Shown: piece by piece, positions 33,733 to 46,741 of the stretch | Numbering within the stretch: position 1 is the first letter of the stretch | Layout of the letters: each line of letters opens with the position of its first letter | Source: Styela clava | Lineage: Eukaryota | NCBI RefSeq assembly: GCF_964204865.1 | Contig: NC_135262.1 | Span: forward strand, 7,192,001 to 7,256,000 | Length of the DNA stretch: 64,000 bases | Reading direction: 5' to 3' | The notes under the pieces: generated by a model | Databases searched by the model: none | What the model was told of the DNA's origin: nothing | The model's input: only the letters and a program-made list of their open reading frames with translations | Made by a program: the position numbers and the translations under genes

Positions 33733-36700
33733 TGGCATATTCTGACGCCGCGGAATTGTGTCAATAAGTAAATTAGTTTCTGTTAAAGACTTTGCGTAGT
33801 GTAATTACAGTGAAAATATAAGTTCAATGTAGATATTTGTAATATTTAGTCGGACGTAAACCACTAATTTAAAATCATTGGTAAAGTAATAAGGAAAGCC
33901 CAATTTTTAATTTAAAAGCAAATAGACATAAAACCTGTTTTTACAAAAAAAAACACTCATACTAAAGTACTAGTCTGTTTAAGAACTGAAATTTATTTTG
34001 AGAAGTATTATATCAAATAAACAGTGGTAAATCAAAAACACAAATAAAGTTCAAATCAAGATTTTCGTAAATATTTCTGGTCTTTTTCTTCTTAATTTGT
34101 GGTAATATAACACCACAAAAATTCGATTTGAGTATTTCCAACCCCGCATTCACCGCAGACTGCAGTATTGGTTCGGTAAAATATGCAAATTTTCTGTCAA
34201 ACTACGATTTTTCAGAGAACGCGTAAATTTTTGGATTACCAAAAATATCACGCCGCGTCAAAATAGTACGAAATCGTAGTTGTTATTAACGTTAATGTTA
34301 CTCACGCTAACCACAGTGCGCGTATCTCGAAACCTATCTAGGATGTTGTTAGAAAAATCGTAAAACTCATTAAAGATTTACCAGTACTAAACCCTTGTAT
34401 TAAAATTACAATTTACATTTTTTTAAATCCAAGTTGAAAAACAGTTTTAAATTACGTGAAAATTTTCTAGAAGGCAAACCGTAAGCCAGGTTCACCAGAT
34501 GCTATCTCATATCATCCGTGCAAAAAGATCGTTAAGGAATTCATCTTCGATCAACTACGGAATAGATATACATCGCGATTGGGAATAGTAAATATCCATA
34601 GTTTAAGCTTGATATGAAACCAAATAATTATTGTTAACATTAAAAATTCAAAAGCAATAAAAACAGTTGGAAAGCGATAGTACCAAATCCACAGTATCTC
34701 CAATTTAACTGAATATGATTGATTGTATTGCGAAGGTTTCTACTTACTGGGACAATTTTGCACAATCCAGTTTCGACCGGTTACCGATCGCAAGGTTTTC
34801 AAAGCCCAAATCGCAGAATTTCAAACCGCTAGCGAGCGGATAATGTTATTTCTGTTACCCGACTTTTTCGCTCTTGCAATTAGATTAATTATAATTTCTT
34901 TTTATTTTGCGATCAGCGTGAACAGCGCGAAACGGTACCAAACATGTTCAAATGTTTTGCTATTACTCCCCACTAAACTTAAAATCATCTTGAGCGACTA
35001 AATTATAACGGCAGAACTATTCTAATGAAATTGTGACAACTAATTCCGTTCAGAGTCCAATACATGCAAAACCGAATTCGGCAGTATAGTCTATATATCA
35101 TCGTCTGGGAGTTAGAATTGAATGAAATCGTGACAGTGTTGCAGTTACATCACGACAGAAAATTGTAATTTCCGCATCGGTAGTTGGAAATGTCTGCCGC
35201 GCATTTTTAAAGTGGCATCATTTCCATGCGTTGCTATATTGTATATATTACTAAACATAAGCAGAATATCACTAAATTTAAAAGCAGTCGCGTTATGCTT
35301 CTTTCTAACTACAGTCGAAAACCATTTACAATAATTAATAATGATGGCTTTATACACTACACTCGTCGAAATTGCAACTCTCAGTCTGACACTGGTAATG
35401 CCGTATGCCTAGATCATCGATCGAACCCCCTCCATATTCGAAGTAGTTTGTGCAAATGGCACCAACTGGTCGTTGTGGACCATTTTAAATCACACATGTA
35501 GCCTGCCATTAATATTTTTTATGATTACTGAAATACAGACAAGTCGCCAGGGTTTTCAAGGCTAGAACTAACCACAAATCGACAATACCATTACCGACGC
35601 CCTCTCTGCATCTGACTTTCAAGCTTTAAAGTACGTGGATTATAACACGAAAACGCGTTAGTTACATCGCTCTCTCGCAGTCGTTCCAAGAACATGTTTG
35701 CTCAACAACGTTTATTGTTAGCGCGAGCGCGAGCAGTGTTTATTGATTCCAGTTTCAGAGCTCATTTCGAGTTCCCGCCGTGTCGTATTTCAGCCGCATC
35801 AATTTTTGTAAAAACCTGAGTTACAGCGAGCGATTGATTCGTTATCCGCGCTTGGTCAGCGTGATCTTTCTTCCCGTGAGGCCGCGAAACTATGCCGGTA
35901 GCATATAAATACACTTTTCACGCTGAAGGTATTTGGTCTGCGACGCAAATTCGACAGCATTTCATAGCTGACAATGAATGAATTACGAAGAGTAACGTTA
36001 TGATTATTGTACATGTAAACAGAATAAGATTTAATTTTTGTTCATTCCCAAAATACAAAATCACTGAAATTGGCATCATACGGCGAGATATCACAATTTG
36101 ACGTTCTTAGAAATACTAACATGGCGCTCAAACTTTCATATGACGTTGAGTAACGTAACGTTCATCTTAGTGTCAAAGCTTTGGAATTTTTTGCCCAGCA
36201 TCCGTAAGACGTATTCCGTACGTATGCTTAATACTTTTTTACGTCACATTTAATGTTTACTAAGTCAATATATTTTATTACGCAATACGGCTCTTTATTT
36301 GATCATTAATACCTTACCGAAGGCTACAGAATAGATTATTGCATCCTCTTCTAATACGGAAACAAATTTAACCTAATATTTCAACTGTAATCCATTAGCA
36401 GATAATTTTTGTTTGTCGATGAAATTGTATTCAATATTTGGCATTGGAATTCGAGGTACTAAAACTCATGGGCGATAAAATATTTGCACTGGTATTGAAA
36501 ATCAAACGGTTCTCCTTCCCCCTGTGACCACGTGACTTATGGCGCATTTTGACAGAACATTCTTGTTTTTAAAAACCACAATGGCGTAATACACACGCAT
36601 ATTTATTATTGGGATTTCGATAAGTTTGCAAAAATCACAATAATAACGACTGAACAGCTCTCGTTCAACGATTTGGGAAGCTCTCGGTAAACTGAAATCA

Positions 36701-39700
36701 TTGAAGCATGGATAATTTTGTTTTCAACTTCCTTGTGACGTAAGAATGTATTGGTTATGAAGAAGGAGAACTGATTTTCGAGACGCTGATGTTTCGGGTT
36801 TACCTAAGTCCTAGGCCGTCATAAAAATTGGAGTTGGGCCGTTTTACACTCCGATACTATCCTTATTACGGCAATTCCTCAGTACAAACTTAAATTTGTA
36901 CTCTTGGGAATGACGAATTAATCATCATGTTGTATTCGTCTTCCAATGCGTTAACTGACAAAATCGCATGGACATATTCCACGGAGCTATCAGTTCTACG
37001 ATACAGCTTTTTATTGTAGAATAAACAAATTTGGATGTTTCGTTGAATTGTCTCTTGATGTCGTCAGTTTACGACTAGACTGTGTACACAGGTGAAAATA
37101 ATCGCCAGCCGTAAAAGCAATACTCGTGTAGACCATTCATAAAAAGCGATAGTCATTCATTTACTCATGGCCATATTTAAATTGTGTTTGCTATTGGTTG
37201 AATCCACTGTTTAACAATTGGTAATATTTATCCAATTATTCGTGGGAATTGACGAAAGGAATCTGTATTTTTTATCATAAAATAAATTACGTCCGTTTCA
37301 GAATGGCAAATAACTAAATGTTCGTTTGAATTTTAATCAATCAAACAAAAATTCTTATGCTTTTATGTTTCACGAAACCAACTTTAAGAAGAGAATTTCT
37401 CTTCCAAAGGAAATAATATTTGCTTCGTTTCTCGAAGTATGTCACGCGTTTCTATGATTCACTACCAATTCCAACTTACCGTCACTTCCAAAAACACTGT
37501 TTTAATTATTCCTCAATCCATAGGCACAATTCTATCACAATCTCAAGAAATTATGATGAAATTTAACAAATTCTGAGTTATTCACTGGAAGCCTTAGATT
37601 ATGAAATATCAGATTCATTACTATGTATGCTCATATCGTACAGGTAAATATATCATCAAAACCAAAGCTCGCTGTTGAAACACGTTGTCTTGTCAATATT
37701 TTCTCCTCTGCTAAAAACTTTCCTTGACCTTATCATCCAAATTTTTAGCAGTACAACTCCAAACTCACAAGAAAAATATAAAACAAAATTTCTGTTCTAA
37801 AGTGACAAAGTACCATATAGAACTTTCCAATTTTTTTATATATCAATTGCTGAGCTTAGCATTTGTGCGCTTTCTTGGAACAACTCTTAAATTCCTTACT
37901 TCAGCGACCAATCCTACTACTAATATAAATGTCGCATCTAGGACAAATTCTTTTGACTTGAGTTTCATCTAATCTAAGATCAGTATAAATCTGAGCCGCA
38001 AGCGAAATAGAGAAAAAAAAGTTATAAAAGACTGAATTGTTACATAAACACCGTCAATTATCCAAGGATCAAGTATGATAAATACCATTTATGTAACCTA
38101 TAACATTCGCGTGACAAGACAGCGATATTTTTAATATGTACAAGTCAACCGATGTTTATATTGACGCCCGTTTCGGATTATCGTTATCAGCTTTAAGAAA
38201 TTTGAAAAACGGTTTTTAAAAATTTGAGGAAAAAAACATCATTATCTTTATATCATAAGTCAGATATAAATGATATTACTTTAAACATTTTTCTTAGTTT
38301 TGACCCATATTTTGTTATGATCGGGGTGAAATACCTAAAATATTTTCGAAATACTGAAGAGATTAATATATTTTACTATTTATTTTTATATGTGTTTATT
38401 TATACTATTGAATATAATACTAAAATCGTGATGCCTCTTATATAAATCATATTTATAATATCCAATGCGATATACACAATGACACGATTTTACTGGGATT
38501 ATTTTTACTTTTATATAACACGCTTTTCCTTATTTATTATTCGGTTTTTGTTATTATATTTAATCCATAGTAACTTAAAAGCGAGACAATAACACAGGTG
38601 TAACGTCATCAAATCGAATAACTAGTGACGACGAAACGATTTTTATCAGTGACCTAGTGATTTGTTACTAATAATGACGTAACAAAAGCGAAACTACAAA
38701 GTATAAATAGTTGAAAGAAGGAAACGCCAAAAACATATATAGTTTTTCATCGGCCGTAGATATGTCGCCCTAGCATGAAAAAATACATACTCAATCTATG
38801 GCCGATAATACATAAGAGATGTTTTTTTATTGTTATAGAAATTAGGTGCTTTTTATTGATGGCACACGCGTAATACTACAAGAAAGCATTAAGAGTAGTC
38901 CAATTAAAATATTCATATTAAATCCCTTATTTATTGTTGGCGACATCGTGTTGGAACATGATAAAGATTACGAGGGATTTTCGATCTTTTAATAATTGTA
39001 TCTTATTAAATTGCCACTTCAAGGCGTAAGCAATCCGATTTAGTTGTCCAGGAAAGTACGAACGCTCTTGGGGCTTTTTAATGCTATTGTAAAAAATAAA
39101 CGTAAAGTTTACTCATCGACTCATTTCATAAACGATCGCGTATATGGCTACTTATTTTCCCCGCCATTGTTACTTATTTTTGAAACTAACAAACGACCAG
39201 GTTACTTTGAAAAGTAACTAGATAACACGATAATTTTAACAGATTGTACTTTGTAAGATTTAAAATGTTTATCCGTCATTTTCGTTTTTGTACGTAAACA
39301 GGAGAAACTTGAGGTACGAAACAGGATTTCCAAAATCTATTTATAAATATGGAGAAGTCAGACCACGTTGTTGAAACCGTCAATATCAAGTGAAATTCCC
39401 TCTTTCGGTTTTGGAAATAACAAAACCTGAAAAATGAATTTTGTTTAATCTCCTAATTAATCATGAAACTTTTACTGACTCATAAATAAGATAGGTCATC
39501 GGATAAGTCTTATTATAAAAAAAACTTTTAGAGGTGACATTTTTCGAAATGACAATTTACGATACAGCGACAAAATTCCTGGATTCTAAAAAATACCGAC
39601 AAAACAAGTCTGAACTGAAATTTTATTGGAATTTCAATTAATCCCATTACTCGAGTTAACCTTCTACTATAATTTACTCTTTGAACTACAAGACAATCAA

Positions 39701-42007
39701 CACAAATGAAAGACTCGCGTTAGAAAACGTTTCCCGCGGTTTTCGTAGAACGATTTTCTCGTCATTAACTGAACCTTCTAAAAAGATAATTCCCTTGATA
39801 CATGACATTGGTGGTCTGTTTTGTGGCAATTTTAAATTAGAATACTAAACATTTAGTATATAACCTATAAATATACTACACAAAAATACACCTATATAAC
39901 TAGAATTTTCATGTCATTTCAAACAGCGTGAAACTATCATCAAAGGAAATACAAGCCTTAGCAATGGCAAGTCACTCAATCAGGATATACCAGTGTTTCA
40001 GTTTTCAGAATTATTATTAATTAGTTATTAGGTATGATTATTAATAATAAATTTCCAGACATTTTTTGTTGTATCGTACGTGGCCGACGTTTCCATGTTT
40101 GTTGACCTTTAGAGAAGGGAAACCACGTGACCTTATAACAACGTTAAGGTCAAGCATAACACGCCTGAGGATATTCTTTAAAGATAATACAGGATACGCC
40201 TGTCGAATTAATTTTCATGCTAAAGTAATATTGTCATGTTGTTAATTTTTTTTTTTTCAACCCAAATACACAATGATGAATGTGTTATATCCAGAAAGTA
40301 CAAAATTGCACTCCTACTGAAAAATTACCTCTGGAAAAAATACTATTTAATTCTCGAATTGGTGTGGAAAAAGGAGCATTTTATTGCTTTTGTATATAAC
40401 AAACCAAGCTACAATTTATGTCATAATACATGTCCTTAATCTGGCGTTTTATAATGTACATGTACTAAAACTAGAGTTGTGAGAAACGCTGACATTGGTT
40501 TTAAATTTCACATGAAGCAAACTGATAAGAGCATGCGAAAACACTATAGAATGATTTGTACTGTTTAAATTCATTTTAGCAATTAACGCTTAATAAGTAA
40601 TTGGATGAATTTAGTAATAAGGCGTAATCAAAATTGAGAAAAAGACCGAAGAAAATCCGAGCCGATCAATAGCAATAGGCACTGTTTCAGCGTGAGAGTG
40701 GTTTATAAAGTATCACTTTACAATATGCGCGAATTCGAACTACCCCAAATCAATAAAATTTGCATATTAATATTTACATCCGTTTATTTGAAGAGGCAGC
40801 TTCACTGAGTATGGTAAGTTCGAACTCATTGCCAATTGTCGACGAGGAACGCTTCCTCGACAAGGCTATAGCAAACATACTGATTCTCAGTACAATATTT
40901 TGTGGTATGGGTGCCATAATAATTTATATCTGCCAATCTATTTTAACAATTATTTACTTTCTCACGATAATATACATGGCGGTATCAAGTATGTACATAC
41001 TCTCTCGTTCGTGGACTGTTTTGTATGCGATTAGCAGTTTCAAGGCCGTTTGAAGTGTTTCGTCTTTCTCATTGTCGTGATGGGGTGTGGCACAGGCGGG
41101 ATATTTAAATTGATTTCAATTAGTTCTGCCTATAGACAAAGGACGTGTTACGAAATTCAGAATGTTGAAGAGTCGACTCGAATTGGACTCCAGTCACAAC
41201 TTATTTAATACTCGAAATGAAATGACACGAACTCGTATCAACAAACCGCCATTACGACTTCTTGATTCATTGGTAAGGTAAATATGAGTGTTTGAACTGA
41301 ATTACATTAGTAGAAATTCGTGGAGTTACTAGTACCAACATATTTAATATACGTGGTATTATGACGCCACTGTGACCCCCTCCGAGATCGACAAATAATA
41401 TGACCAATAGGGTTTTATTGTTCGCGCTCATTGTCCTGTCCACCCGACCAATGACATTAAACGGCCCGACTAAATAAATATTAACGAAAAATTTGTTTTG
41501 CAAACGAGAGAAATATAAAATCGCAAAAACGAGAGAGTTATCGGTTAAACTTCTAAAATAGATGTAAAATTACTGGCATTTACAGATGGTATTCTGTAGC
41601 CAAAGCAAATGAATAAAACATAGCTTACCATGATTCTTGATTCAATTTTTTTTTTCAAATATATTTAGAATTTCTAACATTGGCAAATTTCGACGAGTAC
41701 ACAGAAAATCTAAATCGGAATACGGAATAGGTTCGACCTGGGATAGCAAAATTAGCTTCCGAACGCGCGCAATTCTCACAACCCGAGAACCGCAAATTAA
41801 CGAAATTACAACTAATATTTAGAGCATCCGCAAGATGGTATGGGAGAGCTGAAAAAATCATTCGAAAACACTCACACCGTTCGCCCAAAGTGACTTTGCG
41901 TTCGCCATGCTGTTTCCACAGCATTACTACATGAATGACTCATTAATTTGATTTTGAGCAATCTGTTCGCAGATAAATTGCGTTCTTCAAATGAGGGGAA
42001 TGTATAA

Positions 42008-42312
42008 TTACTTATCGATCTTAAGATCGGTAAGTATGTTGATAGGTATTTGTCTGTTTGTTCGTCTGTCTGTCTGTTATATGCACGCGATATCTCACGA
42101 AAGCGAGGTTGAATCTGCTCCAAATTTTGCATGTGCATTCACCATAGCTTGGACCAGAAGCCTATTTTGGATAAATTATGTCGTATAATTAGCGAGTTAT
42201 TAATTAATTAGTGATGGGACACACGGTGTCACTATGGAGTAAGAGCGCTGTTTTGAGGGATTCCCTAACTTTCGATCGATAAGTCTTCGGTCTCCGACCG
42301 ATATTCTCGTTT
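42008..42312 (+). mobile_element. Helentron-associated non-autonomous element (HINE/DINE-1-like)
   Basis: 5' subTIR CTTATCGATC with a nearby inverted copy GATCGGTAAG; (GTCT)n microsatellite; 3' subTIR GATCGATAAG followed by the hairpin TCGGTC-TCC-GACCGA and a T-run. Confidence 0.8.
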
Positions 42313-43151
42313 TTGCTTCGTTGAATACTGCTGACTGACCTGGGTAATCTTTGATCAAACCTTGAACCGCGAGTCTAGTCGATTCACGGGCCAAACGAGC
42401 TGAGTCGAGTTAATCAGTGAGTTGAATCTTACTGGCGGTTAGTGTTTCAAGTGTTTGATAAAAGACAACTCAAGTTGAGTCAATACCTCAAGCTTCTAGA
42501 CGTAACGAAATTCTGAATTTCCAAGAACTTTCAGGCCTAAACTGGATATTTACCTTTTCAAATCAGGTAATAATCTAATCCAAGGAAAGTAAGATTTGAC
42601 TATTAGACCCTATATTTTTAATTCATACCGATAAATATTAGTCGAATTTCAAAAGACAACGTTGCAATTTGATAAAATCGATTATGATATATCACTTTTA
42701 TTGTCAATTGCATAGTTCCTATACAAATATCCAACGGATAGCAAAGAAATAAAAAAACTGAAATACGCTATCGATATTTACCATTAAAAAATTATAAAGG
42801 ATTCACTGGAACCCTCATGACTGTGAATATGATGAAATGCACCAAACTGCTTGGTTTATTAATTATCGGACTTCACACATTCTAACTTCACATATTCTAT
42901 TTTTTACTATGTACAGTTTTATTCAGCTAATTTTACGGGGTCACACCTTCACCTTCCCTATATCATATTTAATTAAGGACAGGTCGCTCACCCAAACCAC
43001 GCAGAGGTTACCCACACTAGGCGGGATGAGGCGTTATCACTCACTTATGTATATTGCGTTACTTCTTCATTACACTTATATTGATGCTTATCAAATTTTG
43101 TCACGATCTATCGAATTTCGCAATTTGAATTCAACTGTTGACATATTACGC

Positions 43152-43339
43152 GGCGAGCGTACATTTGAACCAACGTACATTTGAACCCATGTGTATATCC
43201 GCGGGTTCAATCTATATGCGGGTGCTAAAACCCATGGGTTAGGGTTAGTATGGGTTCAAATATCCGTAAAACAAAAAAAAATCCCATAGGTGCAATAGTA
43301 TGTAGGTGCAATTGTCGTGGGTTCAAATGTAATGGAACC
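43152..43339 (+). mobile_element. MITE family B (Merlin-like)
   Basis: GG...CC ends; perfect 8-bp TSD TATTACGC (43144-43151, 43340-43347); internal GGGTTAGGGTTAG. Confidence 0.9.
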
Positions 43340-44094
43340 TATTACGCAATTGTTCCAATGAATCAATTTCGCTGGTATGGTTTCTATAAATTTGCTACTT
43401 CGACAATGTAATTAAATTTGGCCATAAGAATTTGCCGGTCTCAATTGATGTGTTAAAGCTACATTCGTCCGAATTTTTCCATATTAAATATCATGGTGTT
43501 AACGATTGAATGATTTTCCGAGAAATCGACCTGTTATCGATCACTATCTTAAACCAGGCCGACATTTTGTATTGTATAGGGTTAATATAAAAAAGAATCG
43601 ACCATTTTGATTTAGAATTCTTTAATACAGAAGTACAAATATAGCGAGCAGTTGCTCTATAAGTATATATATATATAACTATATGGAATCTATTATTATC
43701 AATGAAATCCACTAGGTCCTATACATTTGTTTATATGTAGCGACTTTTATTTCCTATTTATTGTTCTGATGTCTATTAGTATACCCATTCGAAACGTAGA
43801 CTAGACTATGTTATTTGCTGTTTACCAGTTGTGCATGCATTAGTATTACTATTGGGTAAAATTATATTTCCATATTCAATTTTTTAATACTTCCTGTGGA
43901 TATCAATACCACAGAGAAACTGTTATAATCTTATCAAGATAAGATAACTTCAAAAATATGATAAAAACAATGAGAAATGCAAAAATTTGTATTTTACTAT
44001 TAATAGAATCAGATTATGCCCGTCGTGAAATTTGGTTGGTGTGGTAAAACTAGACATGACATATCTGCCTAACCAAAGCTTTTAAGTATGATCT

Positions 44095-44410
44095 TGGTTC
44101 CCAAGATAAAATTTTAAGATATAAACAAGAAAACTTTCTGTTTGGGCAGCGCGTTGCGTGCAAGGTTAGATCAGTCGACGTTAATCTAAACTCGAAAAAA
44201 GTGACAAGGGGGCCCATATGACTATAATTCAATAATGACGTCATAATGTACTTTCGAAAATTTGTTTATTACTTGTGATGTCATAATAATATATAAATCC
44301 CATTATGTCGTTTAAATTTTAAACAAGGAAATTTATATCTAGGCAAGATTAGACCAGTCGACGATAATCCAAACTTGAATAAATGACAAGGGAGTCAAAG
44401 GGCTATATTA
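44095..44410. repeat. Diverged tandem duplication, period about 185 bp
   Basis: AAGGTTAGATCAGTCGACGTTAATCTAAACTCGAA...TGACAAGGG (44162) versus AAGATTAGACCAGTCGACGATAATCCAAACTTGAA...TGACAAGGG (44345). Confidence 0.7.
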
Positions 44411-44582
44411 GTAGTTAGTTTTATAGTAGATTTCCTCCAGTGTGCTAATACAAAATATGACATCGTACTATGACGTCTAAAATTGTACTTATTTGACCCT
44501 CCCCTTCAACGAAAGCTTGGGAACGTTAGTGACCACACCACACACTCTCTTCTGTTGATCAAATTGAATGAAATATTCTTAC

Positions 44583-45753
44583 CTTGGATCTCAGAAGAAT
44601 CCTGTGATGATATTCGTGAAATATGGAGTCTGGACGAAGAAGACACCGATGACGTGATTGGTTCTTGAGGAAATTGGATGTGAACTGCAGACCCGATTAC
44701 AGTAAAATGAAGAATACTGCCGTCGTATTGGGTGACTGTAAAATCGATTTCAGAAGCTCTTGTGTTACCATGAGAAATAGGGGTCGCATCGTCATTAATA
44801 TATGGGTGACCTGGGGTTGCTGAATTACATCGAGAAGAGCAGGATCTGTTTGTTAAACCACTGTTTTCGGATTGAGGTGTTAGGACCCAACCCCAATTAT
44901 AGTCTTTGGAGGAGTCTTGAGTGGAAACACAATCAGGACATGTACTACAAGAAGTTTCTGGTACCGAGGGATTATCCAATAGTCGACCTGAGAAACTAAT
45001 TTTTTGACTCTCGGGGTTGAATAATTCTCTGAGTCGCGATTGCGAGATTGTATTCACATCTCCCCCGTCATCACCCGTGTGCATTGCACTCTGGTTTCTA
45101 CTGCTTAGTGATTGCTTGCGCCTGTGCAAGTCGGGCTGTGAGGTCTGTAAGAAGCGGGAACTTGTGGCGGAATCGTTGTCTGTTTCAGTTTGATTCTGGT
45201 TTCGACATGATGGACGACTTTTTCTTTTCACAAAATCCTTTTGATAAACTTTTATGGACTCTTGCGCTGAACCCCGACGCTGGGGAAATATTTTTTCCAC
45301 CTTTTCGTATTCCGGTTTCAATAAACGTTCGTAAGTATGATTGTTATCGGCGTCATTGGAAGAATTTACGGATACTGCGGTGGTAGGAGTCGAACTTCTA
45401 CGGGAACTAGTAATTGAACTTTGTGCACCACTAACAGTACATTCACGAAACATCGATGCAGTATCATGAGTAAGTATGGTATGGGAATTTTTAATTTGTT
45501 GGGAACATTGTTTTGATATTTCATTGTGGCTGATAGGCATGGTATTTGGAGTAATCGCAATTTCGTGTACTATTTTATCAGTTATTTCAAGCTCTTTTTC
45601 GCAATTTGGTGGCAGAATTTTGTCGACAATTTCTTCCGTATTGATTTTAACTGATTTCTGATCAGCTCCCATTACGCTTTCTTGTTCATTATTTCCAGTA
45701 AAGTATTGGTTCGGTGGCGCTGAACATTGCCTGAGATGTTTCGGAGAAGACAG
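44583..45753 (-). CDS. Large coding exon (390 codons, Ser/Thr-rich, mostly disordered); probable N-terminal extension of the SOCS gene
   Basis: Open frame of 1.28 kb in AT-rich DNA; acceptor tttttatttacag before 45753 (phase 0); donor CAAG|gtaaga after 44583 (phase 1). This matches the acceptor at 32272 (G|CA CCC CAA ATG = APQM, in frame with the SH2 exon). Confidence 0.75.
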
Positions 45754-46018
45754 CTGTAAATAAAAAGCATATTTTAGTACCACGCGCAAAAATTTCTCAA
45801 CATTTTAAATCAACTCGTCACACAAGCTAGACGTTTTGCTTGCTTGATCCCATGCTACATAAATCACCACATATGAATCTAATAACAATAATAAACAGCA
45901 TGTTTGACTCCGATTCGATGTTGGCAAATCAAGTTAGGGCCTTCGAGATATTGCAACCACCACATTCGTTGTGTAGAATGTGCCTGCCGGATAACCGTAT
46001 AATTACATACGCTTAGAC

Positions 46019-46322
46019 CGGTGGTTCTTAATCGTTCATGATCCACGGCTTTCAAAAACTCTCATAAGCTGTGGCCCCTGTTGTTCTTTCTAAAAATACC
46101 TATTTTTTAACGCGATTATTATTATAACCGTCGTTTATTTTATGCGCCACGTTTAATAATATGAAGTCAATAAGGAAGGCAAATACATAAATGCATCATA
46201 ATCAAAGAGTTAAACAAATTACGACCAATTTGTCCTATCGGGTGAAGGCCTTTGCTCATGACCCCCAGTGAACCGAGACGTGCAACCCTAAGAGAGCAAA
46301 ATGCCCAATCTGAGAAATCATA
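46019..46322. mobile_element. Degenerate hAT (Buster/Charlie-type) MITE
   Basis: Ends CGGTGGTTCTTA...TGAGAAATCATA; flanks GCTTAGAC/GCTTAAAC (7/8 match, central TA). Confidence 0.6.
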
Positions 46323-46633
46323 GCTTAAACAGGTGCTTTATACACGATTCTTTCATACATGAACTTCCAGTTTGGAAAACTTAGAATTTATCTTTAAGAT
46401 TCGAATATAGCCTGACCAATCCGTTTCGGTAAGGTTTTCGTTCACCAGGGCTTGAAACCAAGTATTCAACCCGCTCTGTAAATGTAGATGCACTAACGGA
46501 TAACTATCGCTCTAAACTACCTGTGAAAAACGGTATGTTCAGTCACCAAAACGAGAGATTTTAATCCTAATTTACTTTCCTTACCATGCAAGAATCAAAT
46601 CAAAAATCTCACAAGCCGACACAACAGTATTAC

Positions 46634-46741
46634 CTCTAGTTTCAAATAGCTGAACTCCATATTTCTGTCCGTAGTTATATTGCCATCGTTATCAGTCTCG
46701 TACACACTATCTGCGCCTTTCCCTCCAGACAACAACTTCAT
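46634..46741 (-). CDS. Candidate first coding exon A of the long SOCS isoform (MKLLSGGKGADSVYETDNDGNITTDRNMEFSYLKLE)
   Basis: ATG preceded by an in-frame stop; 36 open codons; phase-0 donor GAG|gtaata matching the phase-0 acceptor at 45753; CRE-like motifs at 46835-46920 and GAS TTCCGGGAA at 47151 upstream. The joined CDS is 2505 nt (834 aa). Confidence 0.5.

Noticed and set aside
41620-41640. ATG|GTAAGC micro first exon for SOCS
   Set aside because: The phase-0 donor is out of frame with the phase-1 acceptor at 32272, and there is no other support.
44506-45789. 427-aa ORF as a stand-alone single-exon gene
   Set aside because: It has a non-ATG start, and both ends read as intron-like sequence beyond strong splice sites. 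It is better explained as an internal exon. A separate gene starting at ATG 45672 is not fully excluded.
5351-46741. Operon of four co-oriented minus-strand genes
   Set aside because: Gaps of 1.6-4.3 kb contain TEs and separate promoter-like motifs; no abutting poly(A)/trans-splice junction was seen.
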